A stretch of 64,000 nt of DNA from Prorocentrum cordatum (taxonomy: Eukaryota). Positions 24,502 to 37,114 of this stretch are shown here, piece by piece; within the stretch, counting starts at the first letter, position 1; each line of letters opens with the position of its first letter. A program made the translations under genes and the position numbers. The stretch is taken from the NCBI GenBank assembly GCA_963575745.1, contig CAUYUJ010000292.1:372001-436000 (forward strand). The letters run 5' to 3'. Under the pieces are notes generated by a model. It saw only the letters and a list, made by a program, of their open reading frames with translations. It ran no database searches and was not told where the DNA came from.

Positions 24502-26860
24502 CTACTGAAGGACCTGCTGAACAAAATCGGAAAACCCCTTCCTGCGCTCGACCCACATCGAAGCCTGAAGCGGGGCCAAATGCGCAGTGGACAACGCAGA
24601 GGCCGCCTTGAACACATCTGCATCCACGGTCTTGGCGACCTCAGTGTCCAAAAAAGGGACGTGCAGGTAGTGAAGCCAATTGGGATCAATCTTCTGATTC
24701 CTGGGGCCTGGATGGTAGAAGACTGGCTGCACATAGAAACCGCTGGGCACAAACAGTACAGAATGCTTTGGAAGATACACACAAACAGCATGCTTGGACT
24801 TCAAGAAGGCCTCGCCAGAGGAGCTCTTCAAGAAGGTAAGGATGTCCTTCAAGACAATCCCTTGGCTGATGATCTCGGCAACGTCATACATCAGCACAAA
24901 CATGCTCTCATTCAAAGGGGACATGGAACAACTGAAAGCTGGCAGTGGCACGGCCATCGCGCCCAAGCGCAACGCATTGCGGACAATGCAGCACAGGTGG
25001 GGCCCCAGGCCGGGAAGAAACTTCAGGTGATCACCGTAATCGTTATTGGTGTCCACGTTCGCTTGGGCCCCCAGCCAAGCATCGCGGTTGACCGCCATCT
25101 TTTCGTTCAGCTTGATGCAACGCTCATCGATGGGGCCGTGAATGTCAGTCATCATCTCTTGGAAGGAGGCGAACGGGGTCTTCCAAGCGAGCAGCTTTGT
25201 CGGATCGAACTCGTTCATGTTCGCGTCCATGGTGCTCCCGCAGCTGGACACGGGCTGCAAGCAGTAGGCGCTGTAATCACCCTCCTCGTCAGCAATCATG
25301 GTCGCCTGAGCTTTCGCCCAGGTCTGCGCGATCAAGGGGGCAAGGTGCTTTGCCAGCTGCGCGTCGAACACCCCAGACGCATTCAGAGCGCCAGCAACCT
25401 TCAAGGTCGCCCGAAAAAAAACTCATCCCATCCTCTCTCCACCACCTGCCTTCCCTTCCAGTCCGTCCCCTCCTCAATCCTCCCCCAGTCCCGTCCTCCT
25501 CAATCAACCTCCAGTTTCGTTGCGTCTCAGACGTCTCAGAGTTCCCAGGGTTCCTACAACGAGGGTGAACAAGTGGACGCTGTTGCTGGACCCACACCTT
25601 CTGAGACTGGTGGCGGTCCTGCAGGTAGCTCTTCCGCTTGGTGCTCTGGATGTCCTTGTCGATCAAATCCAAGGACTGCACGAGCTCCGTTGCGTCGGCC
25701 CAGCAAGAGGCCAACTCCACCTTCAGGGAATCCAGCTCCGTAGTGCACGACGCCACAGAGCCATCTCCAGTGGACCCAGCCCGCTCAGCTTTCAAGCCAA
25801 GCTGCTTCGCCTGCTTCTGGATGCTCGCGAACTTCTCCACCACAGTCTTGAAGTTCCCTGGCAAGTCGGGGTACTCCTTGTGCCTCTCTGCCAGCTTCGT
25901 CAAGCGCGCATACGTGGTAGCCTTGCGCTCGAAGCCCTTCACGATCTCCTTCACCGCCTCCTGGAGCGCCTTCTTGGCGCGCAGGTGCTTCGCGTGGGGG
26001 CCGAGCGTCTCTGGAGACCCAATGGCCTTGAGCTTCTTGCGGGCTGGCTGGGTAGGCATCTCGGGGGTTGTCCTGGAGACCACGCGGCGGCAACCGACAC
26101 GGCTGGGAGCAGGAGCGCGCAGCATTTCGACCCCAGAGTTGCTCGCCGCCACAGAACTCGCAGCACGGGGAGTCTCGGCCATGCCGTCCTCGTATCCCTC
26201 GTCGTCGTCCTCATCGCCGATCGGGGTGTCCTGCACGACCCCGCGCTTCGACTCGGTGCCCGCCTCGTGCTTGACGTACTCGTTGCCCTCAGCGAGGACG
26301 ACTTGCTGGTTCCTCTTGTTGTACTTCGGGTTCGCATCGAACGCAGCGTCGAAGCGCTCGTCGGCCTCCTCCTTGGACAGACCTTCCCAGAATCCCATGA
26401 AGCCACGGTAGCGAACCTTGGTGAGCCAGACGTCTTCGCACCCAGCGAGGTCCCAGTCGACTGACATGTTGGACTCCTGCTGCTTCTGGGTCGTCTTGAA
26501 GTCCTGGATGGCCTCCCTGCGCGCGTCCTTGCCCAGGTAGGGCAAGTGCGCGGCGCGCCACTTCTCGGGGTCACGGCTCACGTCGGCTTGGTCGCTGAGA
26601 GCCGCAGGAGTGCCCATGACGGCGCGCCTGCGAGAGCGAACGGCGAGCTTGCACTGGTGGTGCAGCGACTTGCCGAACCAGCTCTCGCAGAGGTTGCCGC
26701 CCTCCTGGCACAAGAAGCAGACGAGGACCTCGATGCCCTGCGCAGACCCTGGCGGCCCATGAGGTCCTGCAGATGGCCTCTTCGACGCAAAATTGCGCCG
26801 TGCCTCCGTGGGCGCGTTGACCTCCGACGGGGCGCCCATCTCGTCATCGCTGCGGCCCAT
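24502..26860 (-). CDS. Two-exon ~719-aa protein of unknown function (N-terminal Cys/His cluster, coiled coil, C-terminal cupin-like motif)
   Basis: ORFs 25289-27013 and 24502-25404 join in frame through intron 25597-25399 (AAG|GTGTGG ... TGAAG|GTT, phase 0). Motifs are CFLC..C..HHQC and HSVLFVPSGF. No stops; start codon inferred. Confidence 0.7.
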
Positions 26861-28082
26861 CTCTGCTGGGCGCGTGCTCCAGGCCAGCCGAAGGTCGAAC
26901 AAACGAAAGGGGGTGGCAACACTCGGCCTCAACACGGCTGGGGAGACCGATAGACGTGACGATGCCATGGGGGGGGGGGCCCAAGAGTGAGAAGACCGAA
27001 AACGGAGCAGCACGCATCGTTGAATTCATCGTTGAGCCAACCCCAAAGCTTGACCAAAGAGGAACTTACATAGGCTCAAGCAGGGTCAACATGTTCGGAT
27101 GCTTCTCCTGGGGCCTTGGGAACCATCGCAAGGACTTTGCCTATGCGCCAGAGGTAACCTCAGTTAAACAACTCCCCCCTCTCTTCCACCTCCTGTCCTC
27201 CTGTCCTCCTTTCCTCCTCATCGTCCTCCTGTTCCTATCCTCCTTCCCCTCTTCCTCCCTTCTCCTGCTCCTCCTCGTCCTCCTCCTTTTAACCCTACTC
27301 CTACACGTACTCCTACTTCTACTCCCACGCCGATTCCTAAAACCTGTTCCTACTCGTACTCCTACCCATACTCAGCCTAGCATTTGTCCTCCTCCTTCTC
27401 CTCCTCGTCCTCCCCCCTCCTCCTCCGCTGCATCCTGTGCTTGCTCTTGACACCAAGGTTTTATTTCTACAGGTGGATGTGTCGAAACAAGCGTAACACA
27501 TAAATATTTGGAGACGTCTCCCTGTGACTGCAAAGGCGCGGCGCCCACGGCTGTTGAATAGCTGGATGGGGTGCTCGCGCACGTCTCTGCCACGCTGGAG
27601 ACGCGCGGGCTCTCGAGGAGTTGATGGCCCCCGTTGGAGCGAGGGGGGGAGGGGGGAGGGGGGAGTAGGAGAGGGAGGGAGGGATGGGAATATTCCCACC
27701 CGACAGGCCCAACAAGGAAGTACGAAGCGCCCCCCTAGAAGTGCCTAAGATCCTCTTGGGAACCATTTGTGGCCATGGGGCCCCGTTCGAATAAAACGAA
27801 ATTGGGATAACAGGTGTGCGTCTGGGCGCACGCTTGTTTTTTTCATCGCCCTCGCGCGGCCTACCACGAGAAGCCGCATCCTCCCTCGGGCAAGCGGCAG
27901 CTGCCAGGAACGGCGTCCTCGTTCTGACATGCTCGATGTGCTATGCTATGCCCCTCTTTCCCGCGGGCGAAAGCGGCCCCGTCCCCCATGAGGACAGAAT
28001 CTCTTTCACCTCGGGGAAACAAGCAGCACAGCACAGCACACATCGGGACCCTTGGGGGACGGCGAGGCTCCGCGCCTAATGA

Positions 28083-28349
28083 TCAGTCACTCTCGGACGT
28101 GCTGAGCTCCGCAGCGTTCCGAAGATTCTCGATCGTCGCTGCGTCCTCACGCGCTCTGTCGTTGTCCCTGTTCGCAGCAGAAGTGGCGGAATCAGCAATA
28201 TTCTGCATCTGAGTCTTCAAGGCGCGAATCCTCTTGAGCAGCATCACGTTGAACATGCGGGTGAGCTTCAACATCTTAGACATCCTCCTCACACGGCGTT
28301 TCGCTGGCCTCGTCAACTTTGAAACCCACTTGGCGTTCTTGGGCGGCAT
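28083..28349 (-). CDS. Small basic/coiled-coil hypothetical protein (MPPKNAKW...)
   Basis: Short ORF with amphipathic, non-repeat composition, adjacent to the 21-bp array. No recognisable homology. Confidence 0.3.
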   Translation of the reverse strand: MPPKNAKWVSKLTRPAKRRVRRMSKMLKLTRMFNVMLLKRIRALKTQMQNIADSATSAANRDNDRAREDAATIENLRNAAELSTSESD

Positions 28350-28596
28350 CGGGGCCCGACGCGCCGAAGCAACTATGGGGGGTGGCCGGTTTGAGCTCTG
28401 ACCTACGGAATTGTTCGGCAAGGCGTTTCATGTGTTCGGCCGTCGGGGGCCTACGCAAAGCTCTAGCTGCCCCAGGGGAGCGGCCTGTGTGGCACTCACA
28501 CGCGAACCAAATCCGAAAACAAAGCTTGACCCTGCGACCTCTCAAATGTCGGTCCTTAGAACGTTTCTTGAGCGTCATGGTTGTTGGATTTCGCTC

Positions 28597-28848
28597 TGTG
28601 GTATTGACACGGTTTGGTGTGGTATTGACACGGTTTTGTATGGTATTGACAGTTCTTGGTGTGGTATTGACACGGTTTTGTGTGGTATTGACAATTCTTG
28701 GTGTGGTATTGACACGGGTTTGTGTGGTATTGACAATTCTTGGTGTGGTATTGACACGGTGTTGTGTGGTATTGACACGGTTTTGTGTGGTATTGACACG
28801 GTTCTGTGTGGTATTGACACGGTTTGGCGTGGTATTGACACGGTCTCG
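28597..28848 (+). repeat. Tandem array, 12 x 21 bp (TGTGGTATTGACACGGTTTTG)
   Basis: Counted directly. The TGGTATTGACA core is constant and the 8-bp tail varies. Confidence 0.95.
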
Positions 28849-29450
28849 GTTGGCCTCTCGGGAATCGGCTTGAAGCTACTTGAAGAAGCTTTTGCTTGCT
28901 CTTAGGGGGGCCTATGAGGCGCTTTGGGGCCTTAGGGGGGATCCCAACGGCGGCTGCAACAAGTCAGTGAGTGATCGCGTCCCACGGCTGAAACTCGCAG
29001 CCCCCCTCCAGCCAGCAAGACAGGAAGAACGCCTCGAGGGCCAATAACCGCCCCACAAGGCGCAGTGTGCACATGCGATACGCCTAGAGGGAGCAGTCGT
29101 ACACACGGATCAGCCCCCCCCCCTCTGCGTCGAAAAAAACCAAGAAAGGGTAGGGGTCCGCTGGCCAGCTCAGGAAACTGCAACCCTCCACTGGGACCTT
29201 CCGTGGAGCGAGGGGGCGTACTCTACCGAACGGACAGAGAGTGGAGCAGGGGGGAGGGTTGGGATGAGAAGGAGGAAGATGACGACGCTGAGCACGCACG
29301 AGTGGGGGGGCCAAGTGAGAGGGCGACGAAGACGACAAGGCCATGAGAGACGACGGGCTACGAGGCCCCCCTGAGGCGAGGGCGAGTCTTGGAAACACGT
29401 GGGGGAGACTAGGACCCCATCGTCCTCGAGAGACTCTCATTTCCCATCGT

Positions 29451-32400
29451 TCACAAGCTGTCGCTGCACGCACGCACCTCCGCAAGCGTTGGGTAGTAAG
29501 CCCTGTGCTCGTCGCGGGTGCACTCGCCGCCACGTCGGAGCCAACAACCCAAGTAGTAATAATAATGGCGAGCTCCAAACTCGTCCAGCCACAATGCATC
29601 AGATCGGAACCTGTTGCAACCCTCGTGGGCCGTACAAGTGACCCGCCAGCCTGTGTACAACTTGCCCTTCCTATAGTGGTTATCTTGTTTGAGCTCGCCG
29701 ATGTCGGGGAGTGGCGGGAGTGGCGGCGCTGGCGCCTCGTCCCCTCCAGCGTCGTCACCCGGGGAAGGTGCACTCCAGTAGGGCGCCAGCTGAAACATAG
29801 TGGACTACAGTTTTTGTAAGTAAGATGTGGACGAGATATTGGGACGCATCTAGGAGCCAATGTGACGATCATAACAAGATAGGCAAGGTGTTTCACCTGC
29901 TTGTAGAGCGCTATGGCCCTAGGTTTGTCGTTGCGCATCGTATCTGGATGGGCTGGCGGGGATGCGAAACACTCCCGAGGTTGCATGGCTTATTAACCCT
30001 GGGGGAGCAATGTCAGTTCACCTCGTCCACCCGCGCGGCCCTCACCCCTTATCTCCCCCAGGGGGTGGTTAATGATAGTGGCTTCAGTTTCGCAGCATCG
30101 CTCCTAAATATCAGCTTGCCCTCACTTATCCACCCATCATTCCGATCCTGCATTGTGCGCGTTCCTTCTCCTCATCCTCCTCCCCCTCCTCCAAACGCGG
30201 CAAGGCTCAAACGATATAAATATATGTTACTCCCTTTGAAGTGTTTGGGACGTAGCCGTGAACCTGCGACGGAACTGGGACTGCTGGAACTGCTGGAACT
30301 CTCTGGCCCAGCAGGCGGCGGAGGCGCATCCGCGATTGCCTCAGGGACGTCGGCAACAGGAGCAGGAAGAGGGGCCGCATCATCTGGAACAGCGCCATCA
30401 TCTCTACAAATGCCGTCATCCTCAAGTGCTGCTGCTGGTGGTCCAGCTGGCGGCAAGGCAAGCCGCTGCTTCGGTCGCCGATCCAGCGCCCCACTGGGCA
30501 CCACATCGCCAGTGAGCTCCTGGTACTTCCTCTTGAGCGCTTTGGCTGACAAGGACGCGTCAGCAGCGGCGGGCTCCCTCAGCAACAGACGGTAAAACTG
30601 AAACGTCTTCCCAGACGCGAACGTCACGCCCTTGCCATGGATGAAGTCCCTGGCTAAGACGCACTGCAGGTACGCCCGCTGGCTGACGAGCTTCCTCGCA
30701 TCAAAGACACGCACTGGATCGCCAGGCTCGTGCTGAACGACTCGATGGACGGCTGCGAACCCGTCGTCCTCGAGCGCCTTCACGAGGCAAAGGACGGGCA
30801 CGCTCTTGTTGCTGAGAGGAAGCGTCGGCGTCGCGACCTGCGGCGACTCCAGGCTAAGGGATCCTTCAGTGTCAGCCTCGGACACTCGCCACGTCAGGAT
30901 ACGATCTAAGCCAGCGGGATCCACGCCAACAAGAGAGATGATATCGATCGTCTCTGGATCCTCTAACTGGTACACGTCGAGATGCCGATGGTCATCATGA
31001 CCACGACTGCGGTCCTGTGGAGGTGTTGTCGAAGCTGCGCAATCACCCCTCCTTTCGGGCCTCCCAGGGCCATATTTGATTTTCCCATCGGCCCCAGTGG
31101 GGTCGCTCGAGGCCGGTGGGGAAGGGGGTTCAGACGGCCCCTTGCGGGGCCCACTCAGAGAAACGACTGTACTAGGCTACCCACCCCCTGCAGCTACCCC
31201 CCTCATGCAGGGCTTTGCCCCCCTCACTTACCCTTGCGCCCATCATCGCACCCCCGAGGGATCAGAGCAACCCGCTGGAAAAGGCTCGTGGTGGATGGGA
31301 TGGGATGCGGAATGCGTAAGCTATCGAATCTTGCTACGTCCCCTCACCCAAACGTCACTACATTTGAGACGCCAGATGTCCCTCCACAGCTCCATCGGCT
31401 GGACGGTGGCGCTGGCGATGCACTTCTCCTTTATCTTGTCCAGGAAGGTCGGCACCAGGATGGCGCGACTCTCCATGCTCAGCAGCTGGAGCACGAACAG
31501 CTCAGGCTCATCTTCTCCGACGCGATTGTTCGGCACTGATATGTACTCCATTGGTTGCAACGCATGTTGAAGATATTGGCGCATCAAGGTAACCTCTTGA
31601 GAATCGCGCTGGGGTCCGTCGCCAGGGGGGGCGCCTCCGCCGCCGCCAGCTGGGCCGTCATCATCGTCATGGTCTCCAGCTTCCTCATCTGACCCATCAG
31701 GGCCCCCTGCGTCGCCATCGTCCAATGCTGGCGGCCTCGGCGGGCCGTCACCTGGTAGGTCTGGTGGAAGCGCAGGTGCTCCTGGAACGGCCCCTACTGG
31801 ATAGTGAACAAAATTGCAATGCTCTGCGTGGTAGAATCTGGAAATAAGCTTGAGCCGAGGGGCTCGCACAAGCGCTCTCGGACGCCTGCTCCGAGGAGGC
31901 CGCAGTAACGAACTCCATCGGTCCCATTCTTGTTGAAAGTCCATCCAGCCAAAGTCGTCGGCCTCATCAAGGTTACTCTGCAATCTGACCGTCGCCGCAG
32001 ACCACGGCCACCCAGCGGCGCGCGAGTGCAGCTGTACCTTCTTGACCAGTGAATGAGGCGTCTCTGCAGCAGAATCGTCCAAAGGGATTTCCGCCACGGA
32101 ACGGACCATGGCTTCCAAAGGTGTTGACATGCCAGTGCCGTCGTCGGCCATGGCGTCGACTGCAGCCCGTAGGTGCGTGCCAGCTCCGAGCACAAGGTTT
32201 GTCAAAGGATGGTGGTGGGCTGGATCTGCTGAAGCATACTGGACAAGCGCTCGGTCTCGGATGCCAGGCTGGCCTAATCGTCCAATCAAGTATGGGAGCG
32301 CATCGAATATCTTAATGCACTGCTGCGATAAAGCCCACGTTGACCGCACCACACCTTGCACGTGGTAGGTGAAGGCCGCGACCCCGTCGAAGTCGCCAGG

Positions 32401-34372
32401 CCGCCACTGGTTGCACTCCGCCAGCATCGACGCCATCGTCGACTGGGCCTTCTCAAACGCACGTGGCAAAAGGCGTCCTTGATACCAGCACGATGGATGT
32501 TCTCCAGCTTCCCATGCAGCCGCGTGGCAACTGCATGTACCCACCCACCCGAGCAATGGGCCGATGTATGAACACATGAAAGAGACGAGCTTGAATTGGA
32601 TATGGAACATATTGGCTGGGCCCAACGACTGCGCAATCAAAGTTATCTTCGTTCTGGTTTCGTCCTCCTGCACGTTTCCCAAGACGGCCACGTCGAAAGT
32701 CGCCAAGAAGCTATCCAAGACCGTGTCGAGTTCAACGCAGATGCGGGGAAGAGTCGACCAGCGCCGATTCGCAAAGTTGACCAGCTTGACACCCTCCAAC
32801 AGGTCTGCAAATCCAGATCTGCCAACTTGCCGAAACCGACGCTGAGCTATTTTGCACAGGTCCCTGTCCCGCAAGAAGTACACGATAGCCTTCAAACGCT
32901 GCAAGAACACAGGCCACCACTGACACACGCATAGGCATCGCTTAAGAATATTGTCCCACATATGTTTCCACCCTGGCGCCCGAACTGACCTCGGGAATAA
33001 TAACTGCTGCGGGGTGTCATTCGGACCGAATCGACCACCAATGGCATATATAAAACTTTGCAGTAAATCAACGGAGTCGCTCAGCAATCTCTCCGTGCCG
33101 CTGTCGGTGGTAATCGACACTACTGCATTGCACATTGCTCGCAACGATGCGAAAGATGGTCCAGCAATCAGCCACAATTGCCACAATAGTGCGAATGTCT
33201 TTGATTCAGCGTCCAATCCATCCCGCGACAAGGTAATGCACGGGAGAAGGCGACGCTGTCGAAGTGACCCGCTGACAACATCTATGCTTGCAGCGTACAT
33301 CTCTGCACCCCATCCACTGGGGACTTCCGTCGACGAAGATATAGATGTAAGTGCAGGATTTATTCAGACTCGCCCAAAGGGATCGGAAGTACAAGCATGA
33401 TACGAAGTCTAACCTGATCCTGCCAGTGCGAACGAGCTCCACGTTAACTTGTTTCACATCCTTGCGCAACTCTATGGCAGCCTCCCCGCTGCCAGTCGCA
33501 ACCTCGCTGAACAACAACGTCGCCTCACCAGAAGTGGCCTCGGAATCTTTGAACAAGCGCGTTGCCCTAATCCACCGTAGCACCTCGCGAGCAGGAGTTG
33601 CGCCATATCTAGGTCCCCGCAAGCCGCCTGCAGCCGGCCGTAGCTGATGTTCGAAATCTTCGGGCTCTCTGGAATCAAGAAAGCGTTTCACTTGTTTTTG
33701 AGATGGCCGAGTGGGGAGGTAAAGGTCTCTTTTGGTTCGTTGGGTGATCGCAATTGCCTTGAAGCAAGTCTGGGCATCGTGGCCTTTAAACTCAAAGGCG
33801 ACGCGAGGCGAGACAATAACAGTGTACATGGGCAGAGTCGTGTAATCCTGAATCCACTCTCTCAAACATGGATCCGATTGATCTAACCATTCACCGCCAC
33901 ATCTGTCGATGATATCTTGAGGCGAAGTTCTCGGATCTAGCTGCGCAGGTGCTTGAAGAAATGCGCTGAGGCCCTCGTGCGTCACGAAACCTCGAGCGCA
34001 AGCCCGACGCGCAGAAGCCTCTGCGGCAGCGACCTCAGAATGCCATTTCACGCGGTCCATGGCCAGAGCCTCGCTCACGGCGCGAAGCTACCACGTGCCG
34101 ACGACCAAGCGAGCTAAGAAGGGCTCGCCGTTGCAGTCAAAAACTTCCTCGGGGCCGCCCGTCGGCATGCGACGAGGTGGAACGACTCCGTCTGGCCAAG
34201 CTCCGTCAACGCCGAAGACTAGGAAGACAGCGAGGAGGCCGTGGCCCAAGGCTTGCCTCCCTCGCCTTTCCCGCTCTGGCGCGGGGGCCTCAACGATCGC
34301 ATCTCCATCGACGCCGTCATCTGCATCGCCGATCTCCTGGATAGAATCTCCAGCGATGCTATCATCCTCCAT
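29451..34372 (-). pseudogene. Divergent hAT-like DDE transposase, three putative exons (34372-31348, 31014-30264, about 29758/29743-29451), with one nonsense and one frameshift lesion
   Basis: hAT-type motifs occur in order: IFVDGSPQW (D1), SITTDSG (D2), GWKH (CxxH-like), NRRWST (RW), DSAAETPHS (E). There is an in-frame TAG at 34088-34090 and an extra G in the GGGG run near 33308-33311. A phase-0 intron GTGAGG..CAG|G at 31347-31015 joins the ORFs in frame. The last exon is Cys/His-rich. Confidence 0.72.
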
Positions 34373-35269
34373 GCATCGCCACAAGAACGGCACACTCAGT
34401 GTCTCACATGAAATATGAAGTGTTAGCGAAACGGTTTCGCAACCGATGTTTGAGCCAACGCAGCCACGCAGATGATGGGGCTGAGGGGGGCCCAACAAGC
34501 TTTGTGGCAGCTCTATTTGCACACGTCTGTGAAATCATCAAAGAATGACTGTGCTTAGCGAATCGAAGAATTGTAGGACCAACGTCCTCGGCCACGATGT
34601 TTGGGGCCCACGGGCACGCCCCCGCTCGATGCATCCTTTCAATTTACTGTGGCGACGCGCAACTACCGCGGCCAAACTGAAAACGCGCACGCGATCCATG
34701 AACCGTTGCGTTGTTGTGCTTCCGCTCTGGACATCCTCACATTCTTCTTCTGCTACAGATGCAGCACGCAATGCCCGCTCAAGATATCCTCACAATTTTC
34801 GTTTTCGCTCTGGCACCGTGGCCGCGCTTGGGACATCACTGCAATGTTTCCGTGCCCAACGAGACCCCCCGACGCCCGAAGCGGCGAGTAGGCGTATCAG
34901 CGGAGTCCGCGTGCCCCAATGCGGGCCGTAGGCACATGATACGTATCCGCCAAACCCACTGTGGGGCATCAGCGCATGAGCGAACTGCCTAAGCCCGCGA
35001 GGGGCTATTGTGCGCGCGAGGGCAAGGTCCGTCAACCCCGCGGGGGGGGCGTGGGCGCATGCTTGCAATTCTGCTTATACGTGTACCAATGTCTATAGAA
35101 CGTGCTCGCTCGAATATAAACAATTTGGTGCGCCAATAAACCTTGTTATGTATAATGTACGTTTCGTTAAAACATAAAAACTCTACTACGTGGGGAAATT
35201 TGAAAATACTTCCTCCGTCATACGCAGGGGGCGTGGGGAGTGTCTCCCCGCCACAAAGGGCGGTTGAGA

Positions 35270-36400
35270 CCTCATCCCCATGTGTCCACACCAAGGTTCA
35301 GATGGAACCGGAGACGTGGCGCCCCCGGGGCACGCCGGCCGGGATTTCGAACGCGGACACAACCTCCGAAAGAACCGCCAAGTGAGCCAAGGCACCTTCC
35401 GAGAGAATAGCGATGGCCCGCAAGCAACTCAAAGGAAGGCGGCTAGATCGAGCGCGAAGTCGGAGCAGGGCAGCAGTGTCGTTGACTACGCCAGCTCGGC
35501 GGGCTGCCGCATCAATCATCGCAATATTGAGACAGAGGTTGCGTCCTTTCATGAAGCCCTGCTGGACCTCGCGGGCTCGTTGAACGCGGCAATGCTGCAA
35601 CTGGGGGTCGAGCTTCGACGCCGACAATTTGCCGGCGGAGATCTTGAACGGGAAGGGCCTCGAGCCCAGGAACTCTCGCTCAGTCCGCGACGCCCCAGGG
35701 GTAACCGCCCTCGGGAATGAACGCAACCAGGTAGTGGTTGAGGCCTGGGCGCGGTGGATAGCCGCCCATGGGGCGGGGCGGGGGGGCGGGGGGGGGGGCG
35801 GCGGAGGGCGCCCAGACGAGTAGGGCGGCCCTTCCAAACACCATGCATCAATATAATTGGGGCTGGCGCAGATTCGCGCGAGCGGCCTCCACGCTCGGCC
35901 ATCTCTTCTCGCGGCGGAGCGTGACTCGAAGGCCAGGAAATGCGAAATACGTCGGTCCAAGAAGGCATGTCCTGAGCGGGGCATCGCGGATCCTCTAGAG
36001 ACTGGCTGCCAATCGTCTGTCAAAACTTCAGCGATCGCGCCGGGCGAGCGAGCGGCATCGCTTCGGCGGCTCCGGCCCCCCAGTCGGAACGCGACGTCGC
36101 TATCGGGGCCGCCAGAGGCGAGCGCGTCGAAAGGACTCCTGCACGTTGCCCCAATGCTGAGCATCCGTAGGGTTGGATCTGAAACGCATGGCAACATCTC
36201 CCTGCGTGCCTTTACGGCGCGCCCTGTTCTGGAGGATCGCTTCATTGCGGATGTCGTCCACGTTCCGATGAAGAACGCGCTTGCCGATGGGAAAATCGTT
36301 CATCTGTCTATATTCGGTGTCTTGCTGGATTTTCGAGGCGGCCTTCAAATCCCGCCTCCAATTCGCTCGCGCGACGGGGGGGCTCCACCGCGCTTGCGGA
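35270..36400 (-). pseudogene. LINE reverse-transcriptase remnant
   Basis: Frameshifted motifs in RT order: VLTDDWQPV, SRPFPFKISAGKL, VQQGFMKGRNLCLNIAMIDAAAR, LDLAAF, GVPRGRHVSG (QGxxLS-like). Confidence 0.65.
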
Positions 36401-37114
36401 GGGGCGAGCTAGCACAGCCGTGCCTGCGCAGCCCCTCTTGCTGCCTGTGGCGTCGTGAAACTCCGCTCCTTCAAGTTGTCTGCCTGCGCGGGCCCCGGGA
36501 GGCCGAGGGGCCCGCGGCCTCCTGAGGCCCATCCAAGAGACTCAGGAGAGGCTTCCACATGACGGGCCTGGACCAGCTCTGGGACCCCGACCGAGCCTGG
36601 AGGGCCACATTATCCGAGCGGAAGTGCAGGGCCCGCTGAGCAAGCCACCCAACCTTTTATGGGGGCCAGCGCGAGTCGATCTATTGGCATGCCAGTTTCG
36701 GACCTGGGGGGCCTAGGATCGCCGAAACACCAGCCGAGGTCCCAGAGGTTGAAAACAAACCCATGGACAGGCGATCGGTCCGCTCCCCGCGAGAACTTAC
36801 GTCGGGCGAGCTCATCGCACACCGACTCTAGGACATGCTGCATACTGCTTACACTCGGCCTTCCCTCCCTCCTGGCTTGGGCCCAGAAGAGGACCTCATC
36901 CTTGTGGGCGATGGCCTGGGGTCCCATCTTCTGGCCAGCCCTGGAAGAGTAGCGACTGACGCCAACCGAGTCGGGGATGGACAGACCACCCTTTAGTAAA
37001 ACGTGGTTTAGTGAAAACGACCTGAAGCCCAAACCTGGCGGGCGCAAGCCTGGAAAATAACGGCCCCGGCGCCATCTCGAGAACCGAAAACGGACAATTC
37101 ACTAATCGACGTGT

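Noticed and set aside
24298..26464. Plus-strand ORFs of 481, 314 and 257 aa
   Set aside because: Antisense shadows of the GC-rich minus-strand gene.
29047..35267. AACCGCCC / GGGCGGTT as transposon TIRs
   Set aside because: Only an 8-bp match with no TSD; cannot be distinguished from chance.
27450..35298. ACACCAAGGTT at 27450-27460 and 35288-35298 as the TSD of the transposon
   Set aside because: No TIRs lie inside it, the outer flanks are unrelated, and the right copy appears to lie within the LINE RT remnant.
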